Assembly: GCA_965116495.1 (NCBI GenBank)
Contig: OZ220696.1
Location: forward strand, 3,168,001-3,232,000
DNA from: Gammaproteobacteria bacterium
Lineage (GTDB): Bacteria > Pseudomonadota > Gammaproteobacteria > Eutrophobiales > Eutrophobiaceae
Reading direction: 5' to 3'
DNA: 64,000 bases
Shown piece by piece: positions 36,896 through 45,571 of this stretch. Numbering within the stretch: the first letter of the stretch is position 1; the number at the start of each line of letters is the position of its first letter. The notes under the pieces were generated by a model, which saw only the letters and a list, made by a program, of their open reading frames with translations, was not told where the DNA came from and did no database searches. The position numbers were made by a program, and so were the translations under genes.

Positions 36896-38266
36896 GTGAC
36901 TGTAAGCAAAGACCCGCCGGCAGCGGAAGTGTGGCTGCCAACGAGCACACGCCTTGGCTGGGGCGTCGGCAGCCTGGGCATGTCGTTGCTGTTTAACGCG
37001 ACCGGCCTGCTGTTGCTGCGCTACCTGGTGGACCACGTCGGCATTGCGGCGGGTGTGGCCGGCTTGTTGATCGGCGGCGCCAAGATTTATGACGCCATCA
37101 CTGATCCGATAATGGGAACCATCAGTGACCGGACCAGGAGTGCCGCAGGACGCCGGCGACCCTACCTGCTGCTGGGTTCTTTTGTCTCCAGCCTGTCTTT
37201 CATCCTGCTCTTCACCCTGGCGGGAATAAAGGGATCTGAATACATACTGGTGGTTACGGCACTGGCGCTGCTGCTTAATGCAACCGGCTACACGATCTTC
37301 AATATACCGTACCTGGCCATGCCCGCCGAAATGACGCAGAGCTACCATGAGCGTACCAGCCTGATGTCGTTTCGGGTTGCCTCCGTCGCCGTCGGACAAC
37401 TGGCCGCCTCTGTCGCCGGCCCTTTGATACTCACCGCCTACGGCGGCGGTGCAACAGGCCACACGGCCATGGCGCTGGCGCTTGGACCGATAATCTTTGT
37501 GACCGGCGCCGTATGTTTCTGGATGACCAGGAACGCCCCGGTCCAGTACCAATCACAAACGTCGGCAGGTTTTGCCGAACAGTTTCGTACGGCAATGGAA
37601 AATCGCCCCTTCATCCTGTTACTGGGCGCAAAATTCCTGCAGCTCCTGGGTCTGGCCATTTTTATTTCGATGCTGCCGTTCCTGTTTACCCGCGCCCTGA
37701 AGGTACCGGACACATATCTCGGATTATACTTTCTGGGACAGGCTTCTTTCATGCTTTTGTCACAACCCGTCTGGGTAAGGATAAGCCGCCATTCCGGCAA
37801 GCGGACCTGCTATTTCATAGCGGTTGTTATCTACACGGGCGCGTGTCTGAGCTGGCTGTTCGCCGGTGTGGGCGAGCCCGGCATCAACATCGTGGCGCGA
37901 GGTATGGTGGCCGGGTTGGGAGCGGGCGGGCTGCTGCTGACCGGCCAGTCCATGCTGCCGGACACGATGGAATACGACTACCAGTTATCGGGGGTAAGAC
38001 GCGAAGGCGTGCTCGCCGGGGTATATACAACCGTCGAAAAATTTTCCTTTTCATTCGGCCCTGCCATTGCCGGAATGCTGCTCGGCGCAGCCGGTTATAT
38101 CCAGGCAGCGGATGTCAGCGTAGAACAGCCTGAAGCAGCCATCAAGGTCATGTACGTATGCGTCGCAGTACTGCCGGCCATCGCCGCACTTGCCAGCGCC
38201 CTGTTATTGCTGGGCTACCGGATCACCGAGGACAGTTTGCGGGCAGGCAAAGCGCCTGGCCCCTGA
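36896..38266 (+). CDS. GPH/MelB-family MFS transporter
   Basis: YDAITDPIMG.ISDRTRS..GRRRPYL; PYLAMPAEMT; MLPDT.EYD...G.RREG. Confidence 0.93.
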   Translation: MTVSKDPPAAEVWLPTSTRLGWGVGSLGMSLLFNATGLLLLRYLVDHVGIAAGVAGLLIGGAKIYDAITDPIMGTISDRTRSAAGRRRPYLLLGSFVSSLSFILLFTLAGIKGSEYILVVTALALLLNATGYTIFNIPYLAMPAEMTQSYHERTSLMSFRVASVAVGQLAASVAGPLILTAYGGGATGHTAMALALGPIIFVTGAVCFWMTRNAPVQYQSQTSAGFAEQFRTAMENRPFILLLGAKFLQLLGLAIFISMLPFLFTRALKVPDTYLGLYFLGQASFMLLSQPVWVRISRHSGKRTCYFIAVVIYTGACLSWLFAGVGEPGINIVARGMVAGLGAGGLLLTGQSMLPDTMEYDYQLSGVRREGVLAGVYTTVEKFSFSFGPAIAGMLLGAAGYIQAADVSVEQPEAAIKVMYVCVAVLPAIAALASALLLLGYRITEDSLRAGKAPGP

Positions 38267-38277
38267 AGTTCGAACTT

Positions 38278-39075
38278 ATGCCCGGTATTGACGTTAACGG
38301 TATCCGCGTCCACTACCGGAGCAGTGGCGCCGGCAGCAGCGATCGCGTGGCGATTTTTGTCCATGCTTTTTTGCTGGACTCGCGCCTGTGGCTGGATCAG
38401 TTACAGTCACTTGAAGATATGCGTCATTGCATAGCCGTCGACCTTCCGGGTTTCGGGCAGTCTGATTCGGTCGCGCGGCGAAAAATCGAACCGGAGAGTT
38501 ATGCGGATGACCTGGTCGACTTCGTCCACGCGCTCGGCATCGACACCGCAATCGACTGGGTAGGCTTCAGCGGAGGGGCGGTCTTGTCGGCAATGGTGCA
38601 GCAGCGCGCACCCGAAATGGTGTCGTCCCTGGTGTTGCTGAGCTCTCAATTTACTTCCGGACCGGACCAGACGTACCGGCGTTACCAGGCCGAGATGGCG
38701 CGGCTTGTTGTCGTTGAGGGCAAGGATGCGCTGTTCAGACGCTTCGACGAATACATTTTTGGCGATAACCCTGACCTGTTCGCCCGGGCCAGGTACAAGA
38801 CAATGCTGGATACGACCGGCAACGAGATGTTCGTCGCATTTCTGACCAGCCAGGCGCTGCGCCCCAGGCCGGAACTGTTGCAGGGTCTGGATAAGCCCGT
38901 ACTGTTCCCGGTTGGTGAAAAAGATGTGGTCGCGACGCCGGAGCACATGCAAAAGCTGGCAGCAGGCATTCCACGCGCCACGGTTGCCACCCTGCCGCAG
39001 GGTGGACGCTTGTTGCCCCTGGAGTGCCCGCAGCAACTGAGTGATGCGATTCGGGACTTCTGGTCCGCGCTCTGA
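38278..39075 (+). CDS. Alpha/beta hydrolase fold protein (catalytic His position is Arg)
   Basis: FVHAF; DLPGFGQS; GFSGG; GEKD; GGRLLPLE. Confidence 0.85.
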   Translation: MPGIDVNGIRVHYRSSGAGSSDRVAIFVHAFLLDSRLWLDQLQSLEDMRHCIAVDLPGFGQSDSVARRKIEPESYADDLVDFVHALGIDTAIDWVGFSGGAVLSAMVQQRAPEMVSSLVLLSSQFTSGPDQTYRRYQAEMARLVVVEGKDALFRRFDEYIFGDNPDLFARARYKTMLDTTGNEMFVAFLTSQALRPRPELLQGLDKPVLFPVGEKDVVATPEHMQKLAAGIPRATVATLPQGGRLLPLECPQQLSDAIRDFWSAL

Positions 39076-39901
39076 TTTGCCAACGTACTGCGTGCCTGCA
39101 GCAACAGATATTTCGACGACACACCATCTTACTGGTCAGGGTGAGTTTTCGATACTTGGGGTTAGACCAGGCAAGCCGGCCCCACAGCCGGTCACGGCAA
39201 TCGTACTTCCAGGCGCCAACTGCAGGGCGGAGCGGTATCTCTGGTTAACGCGCGGGCTTGCGGGGAAAGGCTGGCATTGTCTGTTAATCGACCCTGCGGA
39301 AACCGAAAGGCCTTCCTTGTCTGACCCTGCGGTAAACGTCACGGGTCGCTATGTTTCGCTGCAGCAGTTAATGAGCGCGTTTGGTGCCGCCCTCGACGAC
39401 GTGGCCGGCAGCAGGATTGTATTGATTGGCCATTCGCTGGGCGGCAGCGTGGTCCTAGAAGCCCTCGACCCGGAAGAGGCGCGACGCAACCCCGGTTCCG
39501 GTGATGTCCCTGATTGTTCCGCCCTCGGACAGTGTCTCGCCGCCGTAACCATGGGAGCAACCTTGCAACCCGCAGTGATGGGAACCGTAATGGCATGGCG
39601 GCGCGAGCATGAACCCTTGTCCAGGGCAGGCAACCTGCCCCTGTTGATGCTGGCCGGGGAAGACGACGGATTGGCGCCGCCGGACCTCGTGCAAAAAACA
39701 TTCAACCGCTACTCTCCCCCAAAGCAGCTGGAAGTGCTGGCCGGGTCCAATCATTTCGGCTGGACGAGCGGGAACGGCGATCTTGACCGGCAGGACCTGG
39801 ATGGTATCGCGGCACAACCGCGGGCGACCCAGCAGGCTGCCACCATCGGTCTTATCAGCGGGTTCGTCGATGCCGCGTTAACATCGCCGCACAGCGGGTA
39901 G
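39041..39901 (+). CDS. Alpha/beta hydrolase
   Basis: GHSLGG, AGEDDG, GSNHFG (Ser-Asp-His triad). Start uncertain (TTG near 39077 possible). Confidence 0.8.
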   Translation: MMRFGTSGPRSDLPTYCVPAATDISTTHHLTGQGEFSILGVRPGKPAPQPVTAIVLPGANCRAERYLWLTRGLAGKGWHCLLIDPAETERPSLSDPAVNVTGRYVSLQQLMSAFGAALDDVAGSRIVLIGHSLGGSVVLEALDPEEARRNPGSGDVPDCSALGQCLAAVTMGATLQPAVMGTVMAWRREHEPLSRAGNLPLLMLAGEDDGLAPPDLVQKTFNRYSPPKQLEVLAGSNHFGWTSGNGDLDRQDLDGIAAQPRATQQAATIGLISGFVDAALTSPHSG

Positions 39902-39939
39902 GCGCCGTGATGCGCCGGCCGGGCAAACCTTGCAGCGCG

Positions 39940-40941
39940 CTATTGCAAACGCACCGGCGCTTCGATAGGACCGTTACCCACCCGTGTGCCTTCGGCGTAG
40001 GTCACCTCGAGCCACATGGCGCCGTTTTCCGTTAACGGGCCTTCCGGCCAGCCCCAGATACTCTTCGGCGGCTGGTCGATGAAGTAATCCTTGTTCACCA
40101 CGACGTGTTGGCCGGCAGCACCGGGATTTGCGGCTGTTCCCACTTTAAGGTCGCCGTACAGGATGTAATAAAAACGCTGCGCCTTGTTGAAATAAACACG
40201 TTGCGGCGCCCCCGGGTGCGACCATCCCGGCGGCGCGTAACGCAGCACGGAACGAAATCCTCCCTGCCAGTCGTCGCTCAGCCATTTAATGCTGACTCCC
40301 GGCAGTTCCCTGTCCGTTTCCCATTCCATTTCCTCGGGGACCGCCGAGTGCTGGATATGGGGATTGGTCCAGTGTTTGACGTCTTTCCAGGTATCCTTGT
40401 AACGGCGCGACTCCGGGTCCAGCGAAAGCGTCTCGCCGCCTGATGAGAACGCCAGGTGTACCGAGGCGGGCGGGATCTTCTGCCACGCCATGACGTCCGC
40501 CCTGCTGGCGTGGATACTGTATGCGGGCCTGGACATCCAGGTCCCTGTACGCATGCGCACCAGGGAGCCCAGTTTCTGCGTGGGGCTGACGAATTCGTAA
40601 TGCATGAAGTTCCCCTCGAGCACGTAACCCCACTCGTGGAAGTCATGGTAATGCCGGTTGGTAAGATAGGCATCCCAGCCCGGGACAAAGTTGATATAAA
40701 GCAGCATTGCCCCATCCTCGTTCGAATACAGTATTTTTCCCTTGCTCCTGCGGTGTTTGCCCATGCTGAAGCGTTCGTCCCAGTCCACCGTATCGGCATC
40801 CACCACGTTCAGGGAGCGCCAGGTGTCGTTCGCTTCGTCTGCGTTGACGGCAACTGCGTGGAAGAGAAGCAACAGGCACAGTAACAGTGCCGTACCCGGT
40901 TCGGTCAGGCGCAGGGGAATGAGCCGGTTCAGTTCAATCAT
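39940..40941 (-). CDS. Secreted tandem-cupin protein, paralog 2
   Basis: Long identical blocks with 24778-25767 (RHYHDFHEWGYVLEGNF, KWLSDDWQGGFR, WLEVTYAEGTR); ATGA overlap with the upstream oxidase. Confidence 0.75.
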   Translation of the reverse strand: MIELNRLIPLRLTEPGTALLLCLLLLFHAVAVNADEANDTWRSLNVVDADTVDWDERFSMGKHRRSKGKILYSNEDGAMLLYINFVPGWDAYLTNRHYHDFHEWGYVLEGNFMHYEFVSPTQKLGSLVRMRTGTWMSRPAYSIHASRADVMAWQKIPPASVHLAFSSGGETLSLDPESRRYKDTWKDVKHWTNPHIQHSAVPEEMEWETDRELPGVSIKWLSDDWQGGFRSVLRYAPPGWSHPGAPQRVYFNKAQRFYYILYGDLKVGTAANPGAAGQHVVVNKDYFIDQPPKSIWGWPEGPLTENGAMWLEVTYAEGTRVGNGPIEAPVRLQ

Positions 40942-42467
40942 GTTTTATTACCCGTTTCATGGCCCGCCTCTGGCTGGCCGACAGTAGGTCGTACGTTATG
41001 ATTCAGCCTGAACAGGTTGGTCGGGTCGTACTTGTTTTTCAGTTCGACCATGCGGTCATGGTTGCCCAGGTAGTTGGATTGCGCCTTGCTCGGGGTTACC
41101 GCGAACTCGTCATTGCTGTAGAAGCCGTAGGTGAACTGCTCGATGCTTTTCCAGTAATCTCGCGCCCACTGTACATGGGGCGCCGTGTCGGTCCCGGACA
41201 CCCATACCGCGGCCGTTGTCAGGTTATGGGTCGGGTAGCGATGGGGAAACGCGGTTGCATCGGGGGCGATGCGGCTGATTTCCCCTCCTGCCTGCTGGGT
41301 GAAAGCCATGCCGCCGCGTTCCTGGTTTGACTCCAGGTTGTCCACCAGCGCATCGACGAGATCCGTGGAGATCTCCGTGACAAAGCCGCTCTTCAGGTAC
41401 TGGCCGGTCCCGCGCGGGTCGGTATCATCACTGTCCCGCTGCAAGGCAACATAATCCATCGCCCTGATCTCATCCCGCAACGGTTTCGCGGCGCGCCGCA
41501 GGGGTTCGAGGACGCGCTCCGCGTCCTTGTGCGGGCCGGAATAACACACGTTGAAATAAACCCTGTGCTCCAGGCCGGCAGGCGGCGCGAAGATAACGAT
41601 GTCGGCGTACATGTCGTCGGGCATGTCGTGGCAGTAATCGGCATAGAAGTTCAGGAGGTTTTTGGCTTGTGAATACGGAAAGAAAATTTCGCCGCCTATC
41701 ACCTGGTGTTCCATGGGATGAAGCTGGAACTCGAAGGAGGTGACCACGCCGAAATTGCCGCCGCCACCGCGTACGCCCCAGTACAGATCCTGGTTTTCCT
41801 CGGCGCTGGCGCGCAGGAAGCGGCCGTCAGCGGTGATGATATCCACTGACCTGACGTTGTCCGAAGCCAGGCCGTAGCGGCGCGACAGCCGCCCAAATCC
41901 GCCGCCCAGCGTGAGACCGCCGACCCCCGTGTGGGATACCGTCCCTGAGCTTGTAACCAGCCCGAAGGCCTGGGGTTCCTCGTCTAGGGCTGCCAGCAGC
42001 GAGCCCCCGGCGACACGGGCGGTGCGGGCTACGGGGTCAACCCGGACGCCTTGCAGCGGCGACAGGTCGATCATGATGCCGCCGTCACAACTGCCTTTGC
42101 CGGCAACATTGTGGCCGCCGCACTTGACTGCCGTCAGCAGGTTATAGTGGCGGGCAAACTGCACCGCTTCACGCACGTCTCCAGCGCCGGTGCACTGGGC
42201 AATAAGGGCGGGGCGTTTGTCGATCATGCGGTTGCGCAGCTGGCGGGCCTCGTCGTAACCTTCGCTGTCGGGCAACAACAGTCTCCCCCGCAGGCTGTTG
42301 CGCAGTTCTTCAACCGCGGCCCTTTCCACGGATACCGAATCACCAGGACCGGTTACGGCATTGATCTCCGCCGCAAGCGGATTATCAGTTGCATAACCAT
42401 GCCAGGCCGGAAATGCAGCCGCCGTTGCGGCGCTCAGGGCCGATTTGCAGAATGTTCTTCGATCCAT
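40938..42467 (-). CDS. Tat-exported FAD-linked oxidase (BBE/VAO family), paralog 2
   Basis: MDRRTFCK; KCGGHN; WGVRGGGGNFG; LKNKYDPTNLF. Confidence 0.93.
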   Translation of the reverse strand: MDRRTFCKSALSAATAAAFPAWHGYATDNPLAAEINAVTGPGDSVSVERAAVEELRNSLRGRLLLPDSEGYDEARQLRNRMIDKRPALIAQCTGAGDVREAVQFARHYNLLTAVKCGGHNVAGKGSCDGGIMIDLSPLQGVRVDPVARTARVAGGSLLAALDEEPQAFGLVTSSGTVSHTGVGGLTLGGGFGRLSRRYGLASDNVRSVDIITADGRFLRASAEENQDLYWGVRGGGGNFGVVTSFEFQLHPMEHQVIGGEIFFPYSQAKNLLNFYADYCHDMPDDMYADIVIFAPPAGLEHRVYFNVCYSGPHKDAERVLEPLRRAAKPLRDEIRAMDYVALQRDSDDTDPRGTGQYLKSGFVTEISTDLVDALVDNLESNQERGGMAFTQQAGGEISRIAPDATAFPHRYPTHNLTTAAVWVSGTDTAPHVQWARDYWKSIEQFTYGFYSNDEFAVTPSKAQSNYLGNHDRMVELKNKYDPTNLFRLNHNVRPTVGQPEAGHETGNKT

Positions 42468-42613
42468 AGGTTCCTCACCACGGTGGAATCAGCAGCGTCA
42501 GGCCCCGCATACCCTGGCGGAGACAGGATATGCTGCGAGCAAACCCGCTGCATGCGATGTGTTAGACTGCGTTGAAAGTGACGATAAATGAGTTGTTGCC
42601 GAAAGTCAAATTA

Positions 42614-42648
42614 TACATATATCAGAATAAATTGTTCATATACAAGAA
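42614..42648. promoter_or_regulatory. Tandem TWCATAT-N4-GAA boxes, 21-bp spacing (candidate IclR-type operator)
   Basis: TACATATATCAGAA (42614) and TTCATATACAAGAA (42635); similar arrangement at 58052/58073. Confidence 0.45.
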
Positions 42649-42668
42649 ATATTGTTAGACTGTCAGGA

Positions 42669-43709
42669 ATGGATCCAGACCTGTCATACCCCTTCAGCGA
42701 CAAACCGCAACCTGGCGATCTGGTAGCCGTCGCGCCCGGTATTTTCTGGTTACGGATGCCGTTGCCTATCAACCTGAATCATATCAACCTGTGGTTGCTG
42801 GAAGATGAAGAGGGCTGGACCATCGTTGATACCGGTATCGCCGATGATAAAACCCGCGATCTCTGGGAGCATATTTTCGCACGGCATTTGAACGGCAAAC
42901 CTGTCACACGTCTGGTCGTGACACATATGCACACGGACCATGTAGGTCTGGCAGGATGGCTGGCCAAACGCTGGAACGTGGATTTGTGGATGACGAGCCT
43001 GGAATATTTCACCTGCCGCGTGCTGGTCGAGGACACTGGTAAAGAGGCCCCGGAAGAAGGTTTGCGGTTTTATTCCGAAGCAGGCTTTGACGATGAAGCC
43101 CTGGATATTTACCGCAGCCGGTTCGGTATGTTCGGCTCATTTATCGGCGCCCTTCCCCAGGCATTCAGGCGCTTGGCCGGTGGTGACCAATTGAGTATGG
43201 CCGGACAGGAATGGCAGGTGATAATAGGGCGCGGTCATTCACCGGAACATGCGTGCCTGTTCTGTCCCGCGCTCAACCTGCTCATCGGCGGCGACCAGAT
43301 CCTGCCCAGAATTTCCTCCAACGTGAGCGTCCGGCCAACTGAACCCGCGGCAAACCCGTTACAGGAATGGCTGGACAGCCTCAGGGAAATGCAAAGGCAT
43401 CTGCCGGCTGACGTGCTGGTCCTACCCTCCCACGGCTACCCGTTCCATGGCGCTCACCAGCGCCTGCAACAGTTGATTGACGGGCATGAAAGCGCTTTGA
43501 CGAAGCTCTACGAACTATGCCGGGAACCGCAACGCGCGGTCGATACATTTCCTGTCTTATTCAAACGGACCGTTGACAAGCGCAGCCTGATCATAGCAAC
43601 CGGAGAGAGTCTGGCCCACCTGAATTACTTGCTTGAGCAGGGACAGCTGCGCGTGTTCCGTGACGAGGATGGTGTTAAGCACTATGTAAGAAAAGAGCGG
43701 GCGGATTAG
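42669..43709 (+). CDS. MBL-fold metallo-hydrolase
   Basis: HINLWLL, VDTG, THMHTDH, GHSPEH, GDQILPRIS, LPSHG. Confidence 0.92.
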   Translation: MDPDLSYPFSDKPQPGDLVAVAPGIFWLRMPLPINLNHINLWLLEDEEGWTIVDTGIADDKTRDLWEHIFARHLNGKPVTRLVVTHMHTDHVGLAGWLAKRWNVDLWMTSLEYFTCRVLVEDTGKEAPEEGLRFYSEAGFDDEALDIYRSRFGMFGSFIGALPQAFRRLAGGDQLSMAGQEWQVIIGRGHSPEHACLFCPALNLLIGGDQILPRISSNVSVRPTEPAANPLQEWLDSLREMQRHLPADVLVLPSHGYPFHGAHQRLQQLIDGHESALTKLYELCREPQRAVDTFPVLFKRTVDKRSLIIATGESLAHLNYLLEQGQLRVFRDEDGVKHYVRKERAD

Positions 43710-43717
43710 AGAAAAGA

Positions 43718-43920
43718 GGGGACGGATTTATACATAACGACATAAATCGTGCCACGTTCGTCATTCCTGCGAATGCAGGAATCCAGTAGACAATCAAACT
43801 CCTTATAAAGAATGTTTTTTCACTGGATTCCTGCATTCGCAGGAATGACGGGGTTGTCCCCGTGTCAAGCACGGGGTAGGCTCTGCGGAGATTGCCTAAT
43901 TCCTGCATTCGCAGGTACGC
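43718..43920. repeat. Composite intergenic repeat cluster incl. perfect 29-bp IR CGTCATTCCTGCGAATGCAGGAATCCAGT
   Basis: 43759-43787 and 43822-43850 are exact reverse complements. Partial third copy near 43899, GGGGACGGATTTA half-site at 43718, CCCGTG-TCAAG-CACGGG hairpin near 43859. Confidence 0.85.
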
Positions 43921-43994
43921 CTGCCCCGGCATGTCGTTAGCCGGGGACGAACAAGATTCTTTGCCCGTTTGCACAGGATTTTACTCGTAAGGGA

Positions 43995-44912
43995 CTAATT
44001 CTGACGCACCATATTGCGTAGCACCGAGCAGACGGCGGCCGTGTCCTGGTGGCCGCGGCCGTCCGCTACCGCGCTTTGGTAGAGGTTGGCGCTGGCGGAA
44101 AACAGCGGTGTGGTAACGCCGTACCGTTCAGCAAACTCGCTGATCAGGTCCAGGTCCTTCTGCCAGACATCCAGTTTCATCGTTGCCGGCTCATATTCAT
44201 CGCGCACCATCATCGGACTGCGTACCTCGAATACGCGCGAGGTACCGCCGCCGCTCGCTATCACTTCGCACAGCTTGTCCAGGTCCATGCCGCAACGCTC
44301 ACCCAGCAACACGGCTTCCGCTGCTGCCACGTTGTGGATGGCGACCAGCAGGTTGGAGATGAGTTTTGCCCTGGTGCCGTTGCCGAACTCGCCAAGAAAA
44401 TGGGAGGCCCGGCTGAAACCGGCGAACACAGGTTCACATTTCTTCCAGCTTGCCGGGTCGCCGCTGGCGTAAACGGCGATGTCAGCGTTGGCGGCCATTG
44501 CCCCGGTGCCGCTGATGGGGCAATCGAGCAAGGGAATACCCGCGGCAGCCAGCCGGTCTCGGTTAGCGGATTTGCATTCCAGCGACAGTGTACTCAGCTC
44601 GGCCATTATGAGCCCATCCAGCCGGCCTGACCCCATACCGGTAATCTCGGTGACGTTGTCGTCAAGCGCCTGGGCGTGCGGCAGGCTCGTCAGCAGCAGG
44701 TCTGTCTCCATGGCAACGCCGGCCGGAGAAGCGACGATAGATACTCCCGTGGCCCCGGCTTTCCGGCATTGTGCGGGGTCCGGATCGAAGCCGATCACCC
44801 GGTATCCGGCCTTGACCAGGTTGCGGGCGAATGATGAGCCCATGATCCCCAGTCCGAGAATCCCGACAGCGGCCGGCCAACCACCGCCTTGTTCAGTCTG
44901 TCGGGTCATCAT
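43995..44912 (-). CDS. NAD(P)-dependent oxidoreductase, 3-hydroxyisobutyrate dehydrogenase family
   Basis: GILGLGIMG; LDCPISG; AKLISN; KDL. Confidence 0.92.
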   Translation of the reverse strand: MMTRQTEQGGGWPAAVGILGLGIMGSSFARNLVKAGYRVIGFDPDPAQCRKAGATGVSIVASPAGVAMETDLLLTSLPHAQALDDNVTEITGMGSGRLDGLIMAELSTLSLECKSANRDRLAAAGIPLLDCPISGTGAMAANADIAVYASGDPASWKKCEPVFAGFSRASHFLGEFGNGTRAKLISNLLVAIHNVAAAEAVLLGERCGMDLDKLCEVIASGGGTSRVFEVRSPMMVRDEYEPATMKLDVWQKDLDLISEFAERYGVTTPLFSASANLYQSAVADGRGHQDTAAVCSVLRNMVRQN

Positions 44913-45555
44913 TCATGATCTGGGTTTTCAGACCTTTGAGCATAGTGGTCACGTTTTGTGAGACTACGGCAGAAAAATCCTCGTGGACTTCGCTGTGATA
45001 AATGTGTTTGCGCACGGCGTAGTAGAACAGGCCGCCATGCAGCACCCAGATCCGTTCCAACTCCAGTTCCGTGACAGGTTTTTCCTGTGTGGAAGGCAAA
45101 TCGCAGTAGTGACGCAGTTCTTCGCAAATTGGTTTCAAAATTTTGTTTTCCACGACCTGGATATAACGCCGGTTGAGGCCCTCGCCTCTGAGTCCTGAAA
45201 ACATATAAATCCGAATCCATTCGTAGCGGTAGGTGGCCTCGGAATATTTTCGGTAAAACTCGCACAGGCGGTCGTGCAGCGGCATGGAACGGTCCCGTAT
45301 CAACGCGTACCAGGATGGGTCGATACGGTTGATATAGACCTCGTTGAAGACCCGTTCTATCAGGTCCTGCTTGGTGGGGAAGTACTTGTACAGCAGCGGT
45401 TGGGTAATACCCAGCCGTTGCGCCAGTTCCCGCGTCTGCCCGGAAAAACCCACTTCGGCGAAAAAACGGATTGCCTCCCGGACGATTTGCTGTTCGCGGT
45501 CGCGCGCCGGAAGCCGGCGGCGGTTTGTGTTTGTCTCTTTCAGGTTGGTTTTCAT
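44893..45555 (-). CDS. TetR/AcrR family regulator
   Basis: FAEVGF...TRELAQRLGITQPLLYKYFPTKQDL HTH; start at ATG 45555. Confidence 0.92.
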   Translation of the reverse strand: MKTNLKETNTNRRRLPARDREQQIVREAIRFFAEVGFSGQTRELAQRLGITQPLLYKYFPTKQDLIERVFNEVYINRIDPSWYALIRDRSMPLHDRLCEFYRKYSEATYRYEWIRIYMFSGLRGEGLNRRYIQVVENKILKPICEELRHYCDLPSTQEKPVTELELERIWVLHGGLFYYAVRKHIYHSEVHEDFSAVVSQNVTTMLKGLKTQIMNDDPTD

Positions 45556-45571
45556 GGGTTTGTTTCCGTGT

